Shown here piece after piece: positions 1-7,492 of a stretch of 32,000 nucleotides of DNA (the first letter of the stretch is position 1; the number at the start of each line of letters is the position of its first letter). The notes beneath the pieces were generated by a model. It ran no database searches. It was not told where the DNA came from and worked only from the letters and a program-made list of their open reading frames with translations. The DNA lies in contig OY759724.1 in NCBI GenBank assembly GCA_963662715.1, positions 1,020,001-1,052,000 on the forward strand. Direction: 5' to 3'. The DNA comes from Candidatus Omnitrophota bacterium. Lineage in GTDB: Bacteria; Omnitrophota; Gorgyraeia; Zapsychrales; JANLHA01. A program made the translations under genes and the position numbers.

Positions 1-180
1 AGTGGGGGTTCCCCCTCCGATATAGACAGAACGAAGACTCTGCCCCTGATGCTGCTGAGCCTCGCGCATAAGACAATGAACATATCGGTCCATATGCTGC
101 TCTTTTGACACAGCAACAACGAACGAACAATAAAAACATTTTTTAACACAAAAAGGAATATGAATATACAATGCGCGCAT
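1..180 (-). CDS. hemW: Radical SAM HemW/HemN-family protein (oxygen-independent coproporphyrinogen-III oxidase-like / heme chaperone). Only the N-terminal 60 codons are present; the gene runs off the left edge.
   Basis: Hand translation of the minus strand from the ATG at 180-178 gives MRALYIHIPFCVKKCFYCSFVVAVSKEQHMDRYVHCLMREAQQHQGQSLRSVYIGGGTPT. The IPFC-x3-C-x-YC-x-F radical-SAM cluster motif and the downstream GGGTP motif are characteristic of HemN/HemW. The ORF has no stop inside the window, so it is missing from the supplied ORF track. Confidence 0.75.
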   Translation of the reverse strand, partial: MRALYIHIPFCVKKCFYCSFVVAVSKEQHMDRYVHCLMREAQQHQGQSLRSVYIGGGTPT

Positions 181-370
181 ATTTTTTTATTTCTTTTTTT
201 ATCATCAACAGGCCATTTAACTCTTGTGATCCCGCGCTATGATCGCGCCATAGTAATTATATTTTTTTCTCGACGGGAATTTTCACATTATTTTATCATT
301 CTTCAAATAAAACGGACAACATTTTTTAACAACGAAAACATTTATTATTAAAAAAAACTTAAATTATTTT

Positions 371-398
371 TTGCATTGAACTATGTGTGTGTTATCAT
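371..398 (+). promoter_or_regulatory. Sigma70-type promoter for the 47-aa basic protein gene
   Basis: TTGCAT (371-376), 16-nt spacer, TATCAT (393-398), with TGT immediately upstream (extended -10-like). It sits in a very AT-rich tract about 45 nt upstream of the SD/ATG. Confidence 0.5.
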
Positions 399-446
399 TT
401 AATTAATAATATTAAAAATACTTCTTTCAAGAAAGGAGAAAGGAAC

Positions 447-590
447 ATGCCAGTAAAAAAGAAAGCAGCTAAGAAAAAAGTTGCCAAGAAAAAAGTCGTA
501 AAGAAGAAAGTCGCAAAGAAGAAAGTTGCCAAGAAGAAAGTCGCAAAGAAGAAAGTTGCTAAGAAAAAAGTCGCTGCTAAGAGAAAATAA
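447..590 (+). CDS. 47-aa lysine-rich KKKVA pentapeptide-repeat protein (histone H1-like / nucleoid-associated candidate)
   Basis: The ATG at 447 is preceded by AAAGGAGAAAGG (SD) and followed by MPVKKKAAKKKVAKKKVVKKKVAKKKVAKKKVAKKKVAKKKVAAKRK. A strong intrinsic terminator follows directly. The ORF-track start at 387 is a GTG inside the promoter, so I reject it. Confidence 0.75.
   Translation: MPVKKKAAKKKVAKKKVVKKKVAKKKVAKKKVAKKKVAKKKVAAKRK
471..575 (+). repeat. Seven in-frame tandem copies of a 15-nt unit (AAG AAR AAA GTY GCN) with a 30-nt higher-order period
   Basis: Direct reading shows aagaaaaaagttgcc / aagaaaaaagtcgta / aagaagaaagtcgca / aagaagaaagttgcc / aagaagaaagtcgca / aagaagaaagttgct / aagaaaaaagtcgct. 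This is a coding repeat, not a CRISPR array. Confidence 0.9.
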
Positions 591-605
591 TTTTTCTGTA
601 CTCTT

Positions 606-639
606 TAAAAACCCCCTGACATCTTCAGGGGGTTTTTTT
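606..639 (+). terminator. Rho-independent terminator of the 47-aa protein gene
   Basis: CCCCCTGA (612-619), 5-nt loop, TCAGGGGG (625-632), then 7 T (633-639). An A-run lies upstream of the stem. Confidence 0.9.
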
Positions 640-665
640 ATCCCTTTGATTATTCAACTGTCTGC

Positions 666-694
666 TTGATTGATACCGGCAACATTATTATACT
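666..694 (+). promoter_or_regulatory. Sigma70-type promoter positioned to give a leaderless or near-leaderless yfhO-like mRNA
   Basis: TTGATT (666-671), 17-nt spacer, TATACT (689-694). The ATG at 704 lies only 9 nt after the -10 hexamer, and there is no SD sequence. Confidence 0.5.
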
Positions 695-703
695 ATAGAA
701 ACC

Positions 704-3061
704 ATGACGCACTTGCTGAAAAAAAGAGCTCTCCTGATCCCCTGCTTTTTGAGCTTGCTGCTTATCATCGCATTTTATGACGTTGTCTTTCTTAATAAAA
801 CCTTTAAAGTCACCACCGCTAATTCCCAGGCCCTGCCCACAGGCGCTTACGGGCAAGAAAACAATAAACCCAAATTTATCCCCGTCAACGGGACAGATTC
901 CCCGGTCCTCGAAGAACCCGCATATGCTTTTATCAAAAAAAATCTGAAAAAAGGGATACTTCCTCTCTGGAACCCCCACCAGGCCTGCGGATATCCTTTC
1001 ATCGCCATGATGCAAATAGGCATCTTCTATCCCCTGAATTTCATTCTTTATATCTTTCCGGACTACTATGCCTGGGATCTGCTCATACTGGCGCGTCTCT
1101 TATTAGCCGGATGCCTGACATTCTGGTTCATGAGAACCCTCGGCTTCAAAACGGCCCCCGCGCTCTGTTCCGCGGTTGCTTTTATGTTAAGCGGTCCGCT
1201 CCTCCTGCTGCAATACTGGACCGCCAATGTCGACATCACAACCCCCTTGATCCTTTTGGCGGCAGAAAGACTTGTCAGATACCACAAAATGAAAGACGCG
1301 GCTTTCCTGAGTCTCGCGGCGGCCTTTTCCATATTGGGAGGACATCCGGAAAACGTGTTTCTGGGGAATTTTTATAGCTTTTGTTTTTTTGTCTTCCGGC
1401 TATGGGCACACCGAAAAACCGTCCCGGTCCGGAGAACGGTCCTGCTATATGTCATGGCCTACTTTTGGGCTCTGGGGCTTACGGCGTTTGACACTTTCCC
1501 CTTCTTTAAAAATCTTCTTTTTGAATTCTGGAGCGCACACCCTGAAGGGGTCGGCCTTTTGCTGGAGGAGCACCGCTCCCGCGCCTTAACTCTCGCCCTG
1601 CCCTATTTCTTCCAGGACGTCCCGCTCACTTATAAATGGGTTTTCTCCGGCTGGTGGGGAGGGTATATCGGGACACTGCCTTTTGCCCTGGCTTTCATCA
1701 GCCTTTACAACAAACAAAAAAAGGGTGCAAATTATTTCTTTGCCGTCATCGCCTTTCTTATCATCAGCAAACAATATGCCCTGCCTTTTATTAATTGGAT
1801 CGGATATCTGCCCTTGTTCAGCTCCTGCCGTTTTGCCAGCCACACCCCTTCCTTGGCGGCTTTTTCCCTGGCCGTATTAACGGGGATGGGGGTCAGAAGT
1901 ATTGTCCTCAGCCGAAATTTATTCTTAAAAGGAATTCCCTTCAGCCTCTTTCTCATAATCACCATAACGCTCCATCTCGTTTTTCATAATGATCCGGAGA
2001 CACTGCCGCAAGCCTTCAAATCAAGCTTCCTGGCCTTTACTTTGCTTGTCATTTTGCAGGGCATTCTCTTCTGTAGAGATAAGGCCATTATCACAAAACG
2101 TATCACGGGATTATTATTGCTAACGGTTATCTTCGGAGAGTTATTTACGTATATTCACCGGGAAAGACCCTTTCGCTTTCATTCTTTCGGGGATGTTCCT
2201 TATATCGAATTCCTAAAATCCCAGCCTGAGCGTTCAAGGAGTTATGGGAATTTCTGGGCCTTCTACCCGAATACCGCCACCGGATTCGAAGTTGATGATC
2301 TGGGATATTTTTTCGGATTGGTTCCCAAACGGTTTGTCCGTCTCGTGAACACACTTTTTGTGCCCCGTCATTTCCGGGACGACCTGCGCCCTCCGGCTCT
2401 AAGAGCGATTCCTCTCCCCTATAGTGAAGACATCCTTAACCTGCTGAACGTACGTTTTATCATAAAACCGGCTGACGAAACATTCGAAAAAAAATTCGCG
2501 CACTTCCGCGATGCTGCCCGGGACAGCAGACTCGTATACCGGGAAAAAGTCAAAATTCACGAAAGACCTCATGCCTATCCCCGGGCCTTTATTGTCCACA
2601 AAGCTATTTTCGAAACAGATGAACAGAAATCCCTGCAAATGTTAAAACACCTCAAAGAAAAAAGCCGCCATATCGCCATTCTGAATCATCCGCCCCTGCC
2701 CGCCATTCTTAACCTGCTGAAAAAAGCCCCGCTGCAGGACAACTCTTCGGTCAAGATCAGCCACTACTCAGCCAATCAGGTCGGACTGGGCGTGAACATG
2801 CAATCTCCCGGGTTTCTTGTTTTGGCAGACGCTTATCATCCGGACTGGAAGGTGTTTGTCAACGGCCAGGAATCCAAAGTCCTGCAAACGGATTATTTTA
2901 TCCGTTCGGTTTTCCTGCCCGCCGGACGCCACAAAGTTATATTCGTTTTTGCCCCGGCTTCTTTCACCATAGGGTGCTGGGTGAGTGTGCTGTCTCTGGC
3001 AGGACTTTTATTCATATATGCAAAACGATTCTGGGAATTCCGCCAACTTTCATTATCCTGA
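704..3061 (+). CDS. YfhO-family polytopic membrane protein (GT-C-fold glycosyltransferase family)
   Basis: 785 aa with many TM segments. The N-terminal block LPLWNPHQACGYPFIAMMQIGIFYPLNF and the C-terminal block ADAYHPDWKVFVNGQESKVLQTDYFIRSVFLPAGRHKVIFVFAPASF followed by a terminal TM helix match the YfhO family signature as I remember it. Confidence 0.8.
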   Translation: MTHLLKKRALLIPCFLSLLLIIAFYDVVFLNKTFKVTTANSQALPTGAYGQENNKPKFIPVNGTDSPVLEEPAYAFIKKNLKKGILPLWNPHQACGYPFIAMMQIGIFYPLNFILYIFPDYYAWDLLILARLLLAGCLTFWFMRTLGFKTAPALCSAVAFMLSGPLLLLQYWTANVDITTPLILLAAERLVRYHKMKDAAFLSLAAAFSILGGHPENVFLGNFYSFCFFVFRLWAHRKTVPVRRTVLLYVMAYFWALGLTAFDTFPFFKNLLFEFWSAHPEGVGLLLEEHRSRALTLALPYFFQDVPLTYKWVFSGWWGGYIGTLPFALAFISLYNKQKKGANYFFAVIAFLIISKQYALPFINWIGYLPLFSSCRFASHTPSLAAFSLAVLTGMGVRSIVLSRNLFLKGIPFSLFLIITITLHLVFHNDPETLPQAFKSSFLAFTLLVILQGILFCRDKAIITKRITGLLLLTVIFGELFTYIHRERPFRFHSFGDVPYIEFLKSQPERSRSYGNFWAFYPNTATGFEVDDLGYFFGLVPKRFVRLVNTLFVPRHFRDDLRPPALRAIPLPYSEDILNLLNVRFIIKPADETFEKKFAHFRDAARDSRLVYREKVKIHERPHAYPRAFIVHKAIFETDEQKSLQMLKHLKEKSRHIAILNHPPLPAILNLLKKAPLQDNSSVKISHYSANQVGLGVNMQSPGFLVLADAYHPDWKVFVNGQESKVLQTDYFIRSVFLPAGRHKVIFVFAPASFTIGCWVSVLSLAGLLFIYAKRFWEFRQLSLS

Positions 3062-3144
3062 TTATCACCCGACACAAAAAAATTTTTACGGAATTTATAT
3101 TCGGACAGGATGGATATCAACATCCCGGGCGGAGGGAAAAGGCA

Positions 3145-3180
3145 ACACAAAAGGACAGACGTGATGTCTGCCCTTTGTGT
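3145..3180. terminator. Imperfect long hairpin between convergent genes (yfhO-like + / 99-aa gene -); probable bidirectional terminator
   Basis: ACACAAAAGGACAGAC (3145-3160), loop gtga, tGTCTGCCCTTTGTGT (3165-3180). On the minus strand it is followed by TGCCTTTTCCC. Confidence 0.45.
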
Positions 3181-3206
3181 TCAAAAGCAATAATGGAGGA
3201 ATTTTT

Positions 3207-3506
3207 CTATTTTGCTTTTGCGGTCTTTCGTACCGTTTTTTTCTTAACTTTCACTGTTCTGGTTTTAACAGATTTTCTTTTGGCGATTTTCTCAGCCTCT
3301 TTTTTCTTTTTGATCTGCAAGGCTTGATACTTCTCCGGCATATGATACTTCATCCAGCCTTCGGCATAAAGCCGCAACCATTCATCCGTAGCTCTCTCGA
3401 TACCTATACTATAACCTGCCTTTTGGCTTTCAATCCATAAATGGCGATTAATCTCTTCAATGACTTGCTTATTCTTCAACAGTTCACGAACGTCGGAAAT
3501 CTTCAT
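3207..3506 (-). CDS. Small protein of unknown function: roughly 60-aa helical N-domain plus a Lys/Arg-rich C-terminal tail
   Basis: 99 aa. A strong SD (GAAGGAGG, + strand 3511-3518) lies 5 nt before the ATG. The N-domain contains NRHLWIESQKAGYSIGIERATDEWL. The tail is KKKKEAEKIAKRKSVKTRTVKVKKKTVRKTAKAK. Confidence 0.75.
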   Translation of the reverse strand: MKISDVRELLKNKQVIEEINRHLWIESQKAGYSIGIERATDEWLRLYAEGWMKYHMPEKYQALQIKKKKEAEKIAKRKSVKTRTVKVKKKTVRKTAKAK

Positions 3507-3590
3507 AGGGCCTCCTTCGTGTATAGAGAACTTAAGGATAATAAATATTTATTTTGTTTGCTCGTGACCCCAGTTTAAAAGTCCGGGGCA

Positions 3591-3619
3591 ATTATATATC
3601 TTAAATATACAAATTACAA
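3591..3619 (-). promoter_or_regulatory. Sigma70-type promoter for the 99-aa protein gene
   Basis: Minus strand reads TTGTAA (3619-3614), 17-nt spacer, TATAAT (3596-3591). The predicted leader of about 75 nt contains the hairpin CCCCGG-N9-CTGGGG. Confidence 0.55.
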
Positions 3620-3704
3620 AATATTTTTTGATTTTTATCTTAATGCCCTGACAGCATTTAAACCGTCTATTGACCGAAGACGGGGAGCAGATCGTTCCCC
3701 GGGC

Positions 3705-3759
3705 TTAAAAAGTTTGCGGGCGCTGAAAGGGCGAACGCCCCGGGACGGGAACGGCCCGC
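3705..3759 (-). terminator. GC-rich hairpin plus T-run downstream of the SLC12-type transporter gene
   Basis: Minus strand reads GCGGGC...GCCCGC (3759-3716), followed by AAAC and TTTTT (+ strand A-run 3707-3711). Confidence 0.4.
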
Positions 3760-3787
3760 CGCATGAAGGAATCAACTTGGCAAAACA

Positions 3788-5929
3788 CTAAGCCAAAGCA
3801 CTTTCATGTTTTGAATCACGAAGAAAAAGCACTGGGGTTCTTACGGATTCCGAAACCATCCGAATAAAATTGAGATTGGGTTCATCCGGCATTCCGAAAA
3901 TATTCATGTCGGCAGCAGGACTGTTATTAATTTTCTCTCTGAAAGCCCCGACCAACACCTTCATCTCTATTTCCAGAGGAAGTCGCATCAGTTTCTTTAA
4001 TTTATAAAGATATTCGTATCCTTCCTGCACGTCTTTTTCTTCAGAGACAACCTGAAGGACCCGGACCTGAGCATCCCAATTATCTCTGAGCTTTAAAGCA
4101 ATGAGAATGGAAAGGTCAATATTCGGGGTATGTTGCCTGATCCAAAGATTAATGATCTTCTCCCTCTGCGGAAATATCGACGGGTATGGCTTGAGGATGA
4201 TAACCCCCAGCCCGGCTTCAACCGCTTTCCGCTGAATCTGCAAAAGATCACCGTCCGCAGATGAGTCGTCCGGCAACAAAGAAAACAGCGTATTCGGCGG
4301 GAACAACATGTCTTTCACTAACTGTATCGCGACACAACTCGCGGCAGAAAAACTTTCCGATTCTATGACGCTGCCTTCCACAAAGAATCCTTCCTCTTTT
4401 ATATGCTGAAGTCCCTCCATAAACGGCTGTTTCTGAGCGTCCAGCTCCTCTTTCCTCTTTTCCGGCGCGCCGGTTTCCGTCGCCAAGAAACCCCTGACCT
4501 GAACAAACATCAGCCGGCCGGACGGAAAGGCAATGGCCTTAATAAGAGGCTGAACAGCGTAATATGTCTCCCAGCGGTCCATAAGAACCAGAAGATTCGG
4601 TTTCCAAATTTTGGGATGGTAGGGCAAACGTTCCGCGGCTTTGGCAAACTGCTCCGACAGGAAGACGAGAAGACCGCTGCGGACATCCGGGGAATGGACG
4701 TGGATTTCCCTGCGGATAAGAAGGAAATAAATCACGCCGATGACAGCGAAGGCCATAAGACTGAATTTAAAGTCAATCAACATCATAACGATCAGACATC
4801 CCATGCCGCCCAAGAACGGGACAAAACGGGGGATCCGGAATGTCGGACGAAAACTGGCAATACCGATACTCTGTTCGATCAGGACGGAAAAATTGATCAT
4901 ACAGTAGGTGATGAGGAAAAACATCGTCAGGAGTCTGGCCAGGGCATCAAGGCTTCCCATCAAGATCGTAATAAACGATATAACCGCCGTTAACAGGATG
5001 GCATTGGACGGTTCTCCTTTTTTGTTGACTTCTGAAAATAAATTTGAAAAAGGAATGATGGAATGTTTTCCGAGAGCCAATAATGTCCGCGGACTTCCGA
5101 CAAACATGCTTAAAGCCGAAGATATCGTCGCGCCCATGATTCCGGCGATAACGAGCCATCGCCACCGGCTTAACTGCATGACAATGGACGTATTTTGGAC
5201 CAGTTCAGCCGCAGAAACACGCGAAGCAAGAAAGACAGCCAAGCCCAGGTAAATAACAAAACTCAGGCCTACGGCGGCCAGCGTCCCCCGGGGGATACTG
5301 CTGCGCGGATCTTTAAGCTCGCCTGACATGGAAGCTCCCGCCAGAACCCCGGTAACCGCCGGAAAAAAAATCGCAAAGACTTTCCAGAAACCTTCGCTGC
5401 TCATGCCGTTAAAAATCGCCAGGGAATCAGGGGGAGACATCTTACTGAAAAAAATTGAAAACAAAGAAAGGCCGATAAAGGCCATAATAATATACTGCAG
5501 CCGAAAGGCCAGACTTGCGCTGATATACGTGATGATCATCAACAGCAGCCAGATAATTAATGAAACTAAAAGGAAAGAATGCTCCGGAAAGACGGAGATC
5601 CAGCATTCCGTAAAACCGGCGATATAAAAAGCCACGGAAAGAGCCTGGGACACGTACAAGGGAATGCCTATAGAGCCGCCGGCTTCAATGCCTAATGATT
5701 TCGCTATGATGGAATAGGCCCCTCCCGTCCCTATGCGGATATTGGTCACAATGCTGGACATGGAAAGAGCGGTGGCAAGGGTAATGATATTCGACAACAC
5801 GATGATCATAACGGTCTGGACAAGCCCCACCTGGCCGACGACCCATCCCAGACGCAGATACATGATGACCCCGAGAATACTCAGCAAAGTCGGAGTGAAC
5901 ACCCCTTCAAATGTGCTGAAACGTTTCAT
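3788..5929 (-). CDS. Cation-chloride cotransporter-like (SLC12/CCC, APC superfamily) transporter with a large cytoplasmic C-terminal domain
   Basis: 713 aa. The N-terminal signature FEGVFTPTLLSILGVIMYLRLGWVVGQVGL is typical of the SLC12/CCC family. About 12 TM segments are followed by a soluble domain of about 250 aa. Confidence 0.75.
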   Translation of the reverse strand: MKRFSTFEGVFTPTLLSILGVIMYLRLGWVVGQVGLVQTVMIIVLSNIITLATALSMSSIVTNIRIGTGGAYSIIAKSLGIEAGGSIGIPLYVSQALSVAFYIAGFTECWISVFPEHSFLLVSLIIWLLLMIITYISASLAFRLQYIIMAFIGLSLFSIFFSKMSPPDSLAIFNGMSSEGFWKVFAIFFPAVTGVLAGASMSGELKDPRSSIPRGTLAAVGLSFVIYLGLAVFLASRVSAAELVQNTSIVMQLSRWRWLVIAGIMGATISSALSMFVGSPRTLLALGKHSIIPFSNLFSEVNKKGEPSNAILLTAVISFITILMGSLDALARLLTMFFLITYCMINFSVLIEQSIGIASFRPTFRIPRFVPFLGGMGCLIVMMLIDFKFSLMAFAVIGVIYFLLIRREIHVHSPDVRSGLLVFLSEQFAKAAERLPYHPKIWKPNLLVLMDRWETYYAVQPLIKAIAFPSGRLMFVQVRGFLATETGAPEKRKEELDAQKQPFMEGLQHIKEEGFFVEGSVIESESFSAASCVAIQLVKDMLFPPNTLFSLLPDDSSADGDLLQIQRKAVEAGLGVIILKPYPSIFPQREKIINLWIRQHTPNIDLSILIALKLRDNWDAQVRVLQVVSEEKDVQEGYEYLYKLKKLMRLPLEIEMKVLVGAFREKINNSPAADMNIFGMPDEPNLNFIRMVSESVRTPVLFLRDSKHESALA

Positions 5930-6073
5930 ATAATCTCACTTGGTTCTGCCGGATCCCCGGGGACCTGACGCCTGCCAGCATTCCAGATTTGACAGAGCAC
6001 AGGGATTTCGGTTTGCAGAATTCATATTGTTGAGGCAGGGCCTTCTTTTTTCCCAAGAACAGTCACGATACCG

Positions 6074-6133
6074 GAGAAAATTCCCGGCTTCTTCGGGGAC
6101 GAACACCGAAAGAGACCTCTTCCGAAAGCCGGG
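6074..6133 (-). terminator. Long hairpin plus T-tract downstream of the TerB-like gene
   Basis: + strand CCCGGCTT(CT)TCGG (6083-6096) pairs with CCGAAAGCCGGG (6122-6133). On the minus strand the stem is followed by AATTTTCT. Confidence 0.5.
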
Positions 6134-6166
6134 CAATACGTCTCCCCAAAATCCTCCAAAAGAGTC

Positions 6167-6652
6167 CTATCCTGCGGTATCCAATCCGAACTCTTTTTTA
6201 ATCTTCAACTTAGCTTCAATGAAATCTTTGTGATCGACCCCGCATAAACCGGAAATTTTACGGATAATTTCATGTTCTTCATGTGCAAGCTCACCATCAG
6301 CACAAGCCACACGGAACAGACATTCGATAATATCCTTCTTAACAGAATACGGAAGATCCTGCTTCACTTCGCTGGTAAAGGTAAACAAATCGATTCTTTC
6401 CCGGGCAGCGATTTCTATGGAGTGCATAATATACGACATGTCCTGAGGGGAGATGCCCCCCCTTTCCTGCAATATCTTCCGAACCTGCTCCCGCTCCTCC
6501 GTCAGGAATCTCTTATCGGCTTCCGCAACAACCCACAATAAAACACCCAAGGCAATTTTATCATCGATGTTGACAGAAGATTCCCGGGCCGGCTGGTCCT
6601 TCCAAACGGAATGAAAAACAGATTGTCTAAACTTGTCAAGAAATCCGGCCAT
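6167..6652 (-). CDS. TerB-like (tellurite-resistance TerB / DjlA N-domain-like) protein
   Basis: 161 aa. It has two helical acidic repeats of the TerB pattern (VVAEADKRFLTEEREQVRKIL ... RVACADGELAHEEHEIIRKISGLCGV). It starts 7 nt after the stop of the upstream gene. Confidence 0.6.
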   Translation of the reverse strand: MAGFLDKFRQSVFHSVWKDQPARESSVNIDDKIALGVLLWVVAEADKRFLTEEREQVRKILQERGGISPQDMSYIMHSIEIAARERIDLFTFTSEVKQDLPYSVKKDIIECLFRVACADGELAHEEHEIIRKISGLCGVDHKDFIEAKLKIKKEFGLDTAG

Positions 6653-6659
6653 AACGGTT

Positions 6660-7202
6660 TTATTCTATTGCGACACGAAAATAGTCAAATTCATACTGGT
6701 TCTTTAAATTATCCGTAGGGATGACATAAGATATGACATCCATGGGAGTGGACACCTGCACCGTATCGACTCTCTCTGCTCCCTTGTAGACGGCAAGCCG
6801 GCTGCCCTGAACGAGGCCGTTGAGCGCCCCCAAAGTTACGACCCAGGTTTTTGAAGACCGGTCCACCCAAAGATAGCCTTCCCGGGCCGACTTCACGTCT
6901 TTATCATATATCGTTTCCGCTTGTTGAATAATGCGTTCCAAAGAAATTTCCCGGCCGATGGCGTTGACTAACACCTGCTGGGTCTGTTCCATCTCAATTC
7001 TTTCTTCCTCTATCAAATCTGTCTGCTCTTGCAGGGTGGCGAGTTCTTCGTTCTGGTCTCTTATCTGGCCGTACAGCAAATAAAAAACCACGCCAATCCC
7101 CAGGAAAGATATCACAATAAAAAAAATCCCCAAACGCAGCTTCATCCGCATTGAATCGCTTTTTGAAGATGAGGAACGCTCTTTTTTCTTTTCTTTTGCC
7201 AT
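6660..7202 (-). CDS. Membrane-anchored coiled-coil protein of unknown function
   Basis: 180 aa. It has a basic N-terminus, one TM helix (LGIFFIVISFLGIGVVFYLLY), a Glu/Gln-rich coiled-coil segment and a beta-rich C-domain. I recognise no family. Confidence 0.6.
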   Translation of the reverse strand: MAKEKKKERSSSSKSDSMRMKLRLGIFFIVISFLGIGVVFYLLYGQIRDQNEELATLQEQTDLIEEERIEMEQTQQVLVNAIGREISLERIIQQAETIYDKDVKSAREGYLWVDRSSKTWVVTLGALNGLVQGSRLAVYKGAERVDTVQVSTPMDVISYVIPTDNLKNQYEFDYFRVAIE

Positions 7203-7457
7203 AGAATCCGTGGCCTCATACCATAAATAAGCCGGCTACAACAATTTTATCTTAAGGCAAGCCTTGTTTGAATGCAATACCCATTCCAGATTTTTGTGAA
7301 GAAACCCCCGGCCGGTCATGGATCATGACAAACCCTTGGGGCGCCTTCAAAACCAGAAAATTCCGACATTATAAAACACGAATACTTACAATCATTTAGA
7401 CGTTATTGGACCGGTGATGCCCTTTATGAACTAAATTCAACAATTTTAAAATTAGAC

Positions 7458-7486
7458 TTGAAAAATCCGGAAAAATAATACATAAT
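7458..7486 (+). promoter_or_regulatory. Sigma70-type promoter of an orphan short transcript
   Basis: TTGAAA (7458-7463), 17-nt spacer, CATAAT (7481-7486). Confidence 0.5.
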
Positions 7487-7492
7487 TTTAGA

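Noticed and set aside
160-351. 63-aa + strand ORF in the AT-rich region at the left end
   Set aside because: It overlaps the hemW start on the opposite strand and otherwise runs through an A/T-homopolymer-rich promoter region. It has no SD and a low-complexity F/I/L-rich translation typical of AT-rich noise.
198-403. Three TTATCAT motifs that are partly DnaA-box-like (TTATCCACA), hinting at an origin
   Set aside because: The best match is only 7/9 and the others are 5/9. There is no dnaA/dnaN context. The motif is expected in such AT-rich DNA and also doubles as -10-like hexamers.
387-446. Longer (67-aa) version of the KKKVA protein starting at the GTG at 387
   Set aside because: The GTG lies inside the predicted promoter spacer/-10. 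The ATG at 447 has a proper SD, and the 20 extra residues are unrelated in composition.
471-575. Regular short repeats that could be mistaken for a CRISPR or other non-coding array
   Set aside because: The repeats are contiguous 15-nt units with no spacers. They are in frame and encode the KKKVA pentapeptide.
4403-4993. 196-aa + strand ORF antisense to the SLC12 transporter
   Set aside because: It is a shadow ORF inside a confidently identified gene. The translation is Arg/Lys/Gln-rich with no recognisable motif. The same reasoning applies to 4908-5252, 5328-5627 and 5733-5933.
5930-6073. Known riboswitch (for example c-di-AMP ydaO-type) in the leader of the ion transporter
   Set aside because: I could not find the conserved ydaO core motifs or any other riboswitch signature I know, only generic GC palindromes. 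I keep it as an uncharacterised leader, not a riboswitch call.
7309-7320. The 12-mer CGGCCGGTCATG repeated at 17002-17013 (both intergenic), and the nearby small inverted repeat GTCATG-gat-CATGAC (7315-7329)
   Set aside because: By a rough count, tens of exact 12-mer repeats are expected by chance in 32 kb. The flanks do not extend the similarity.
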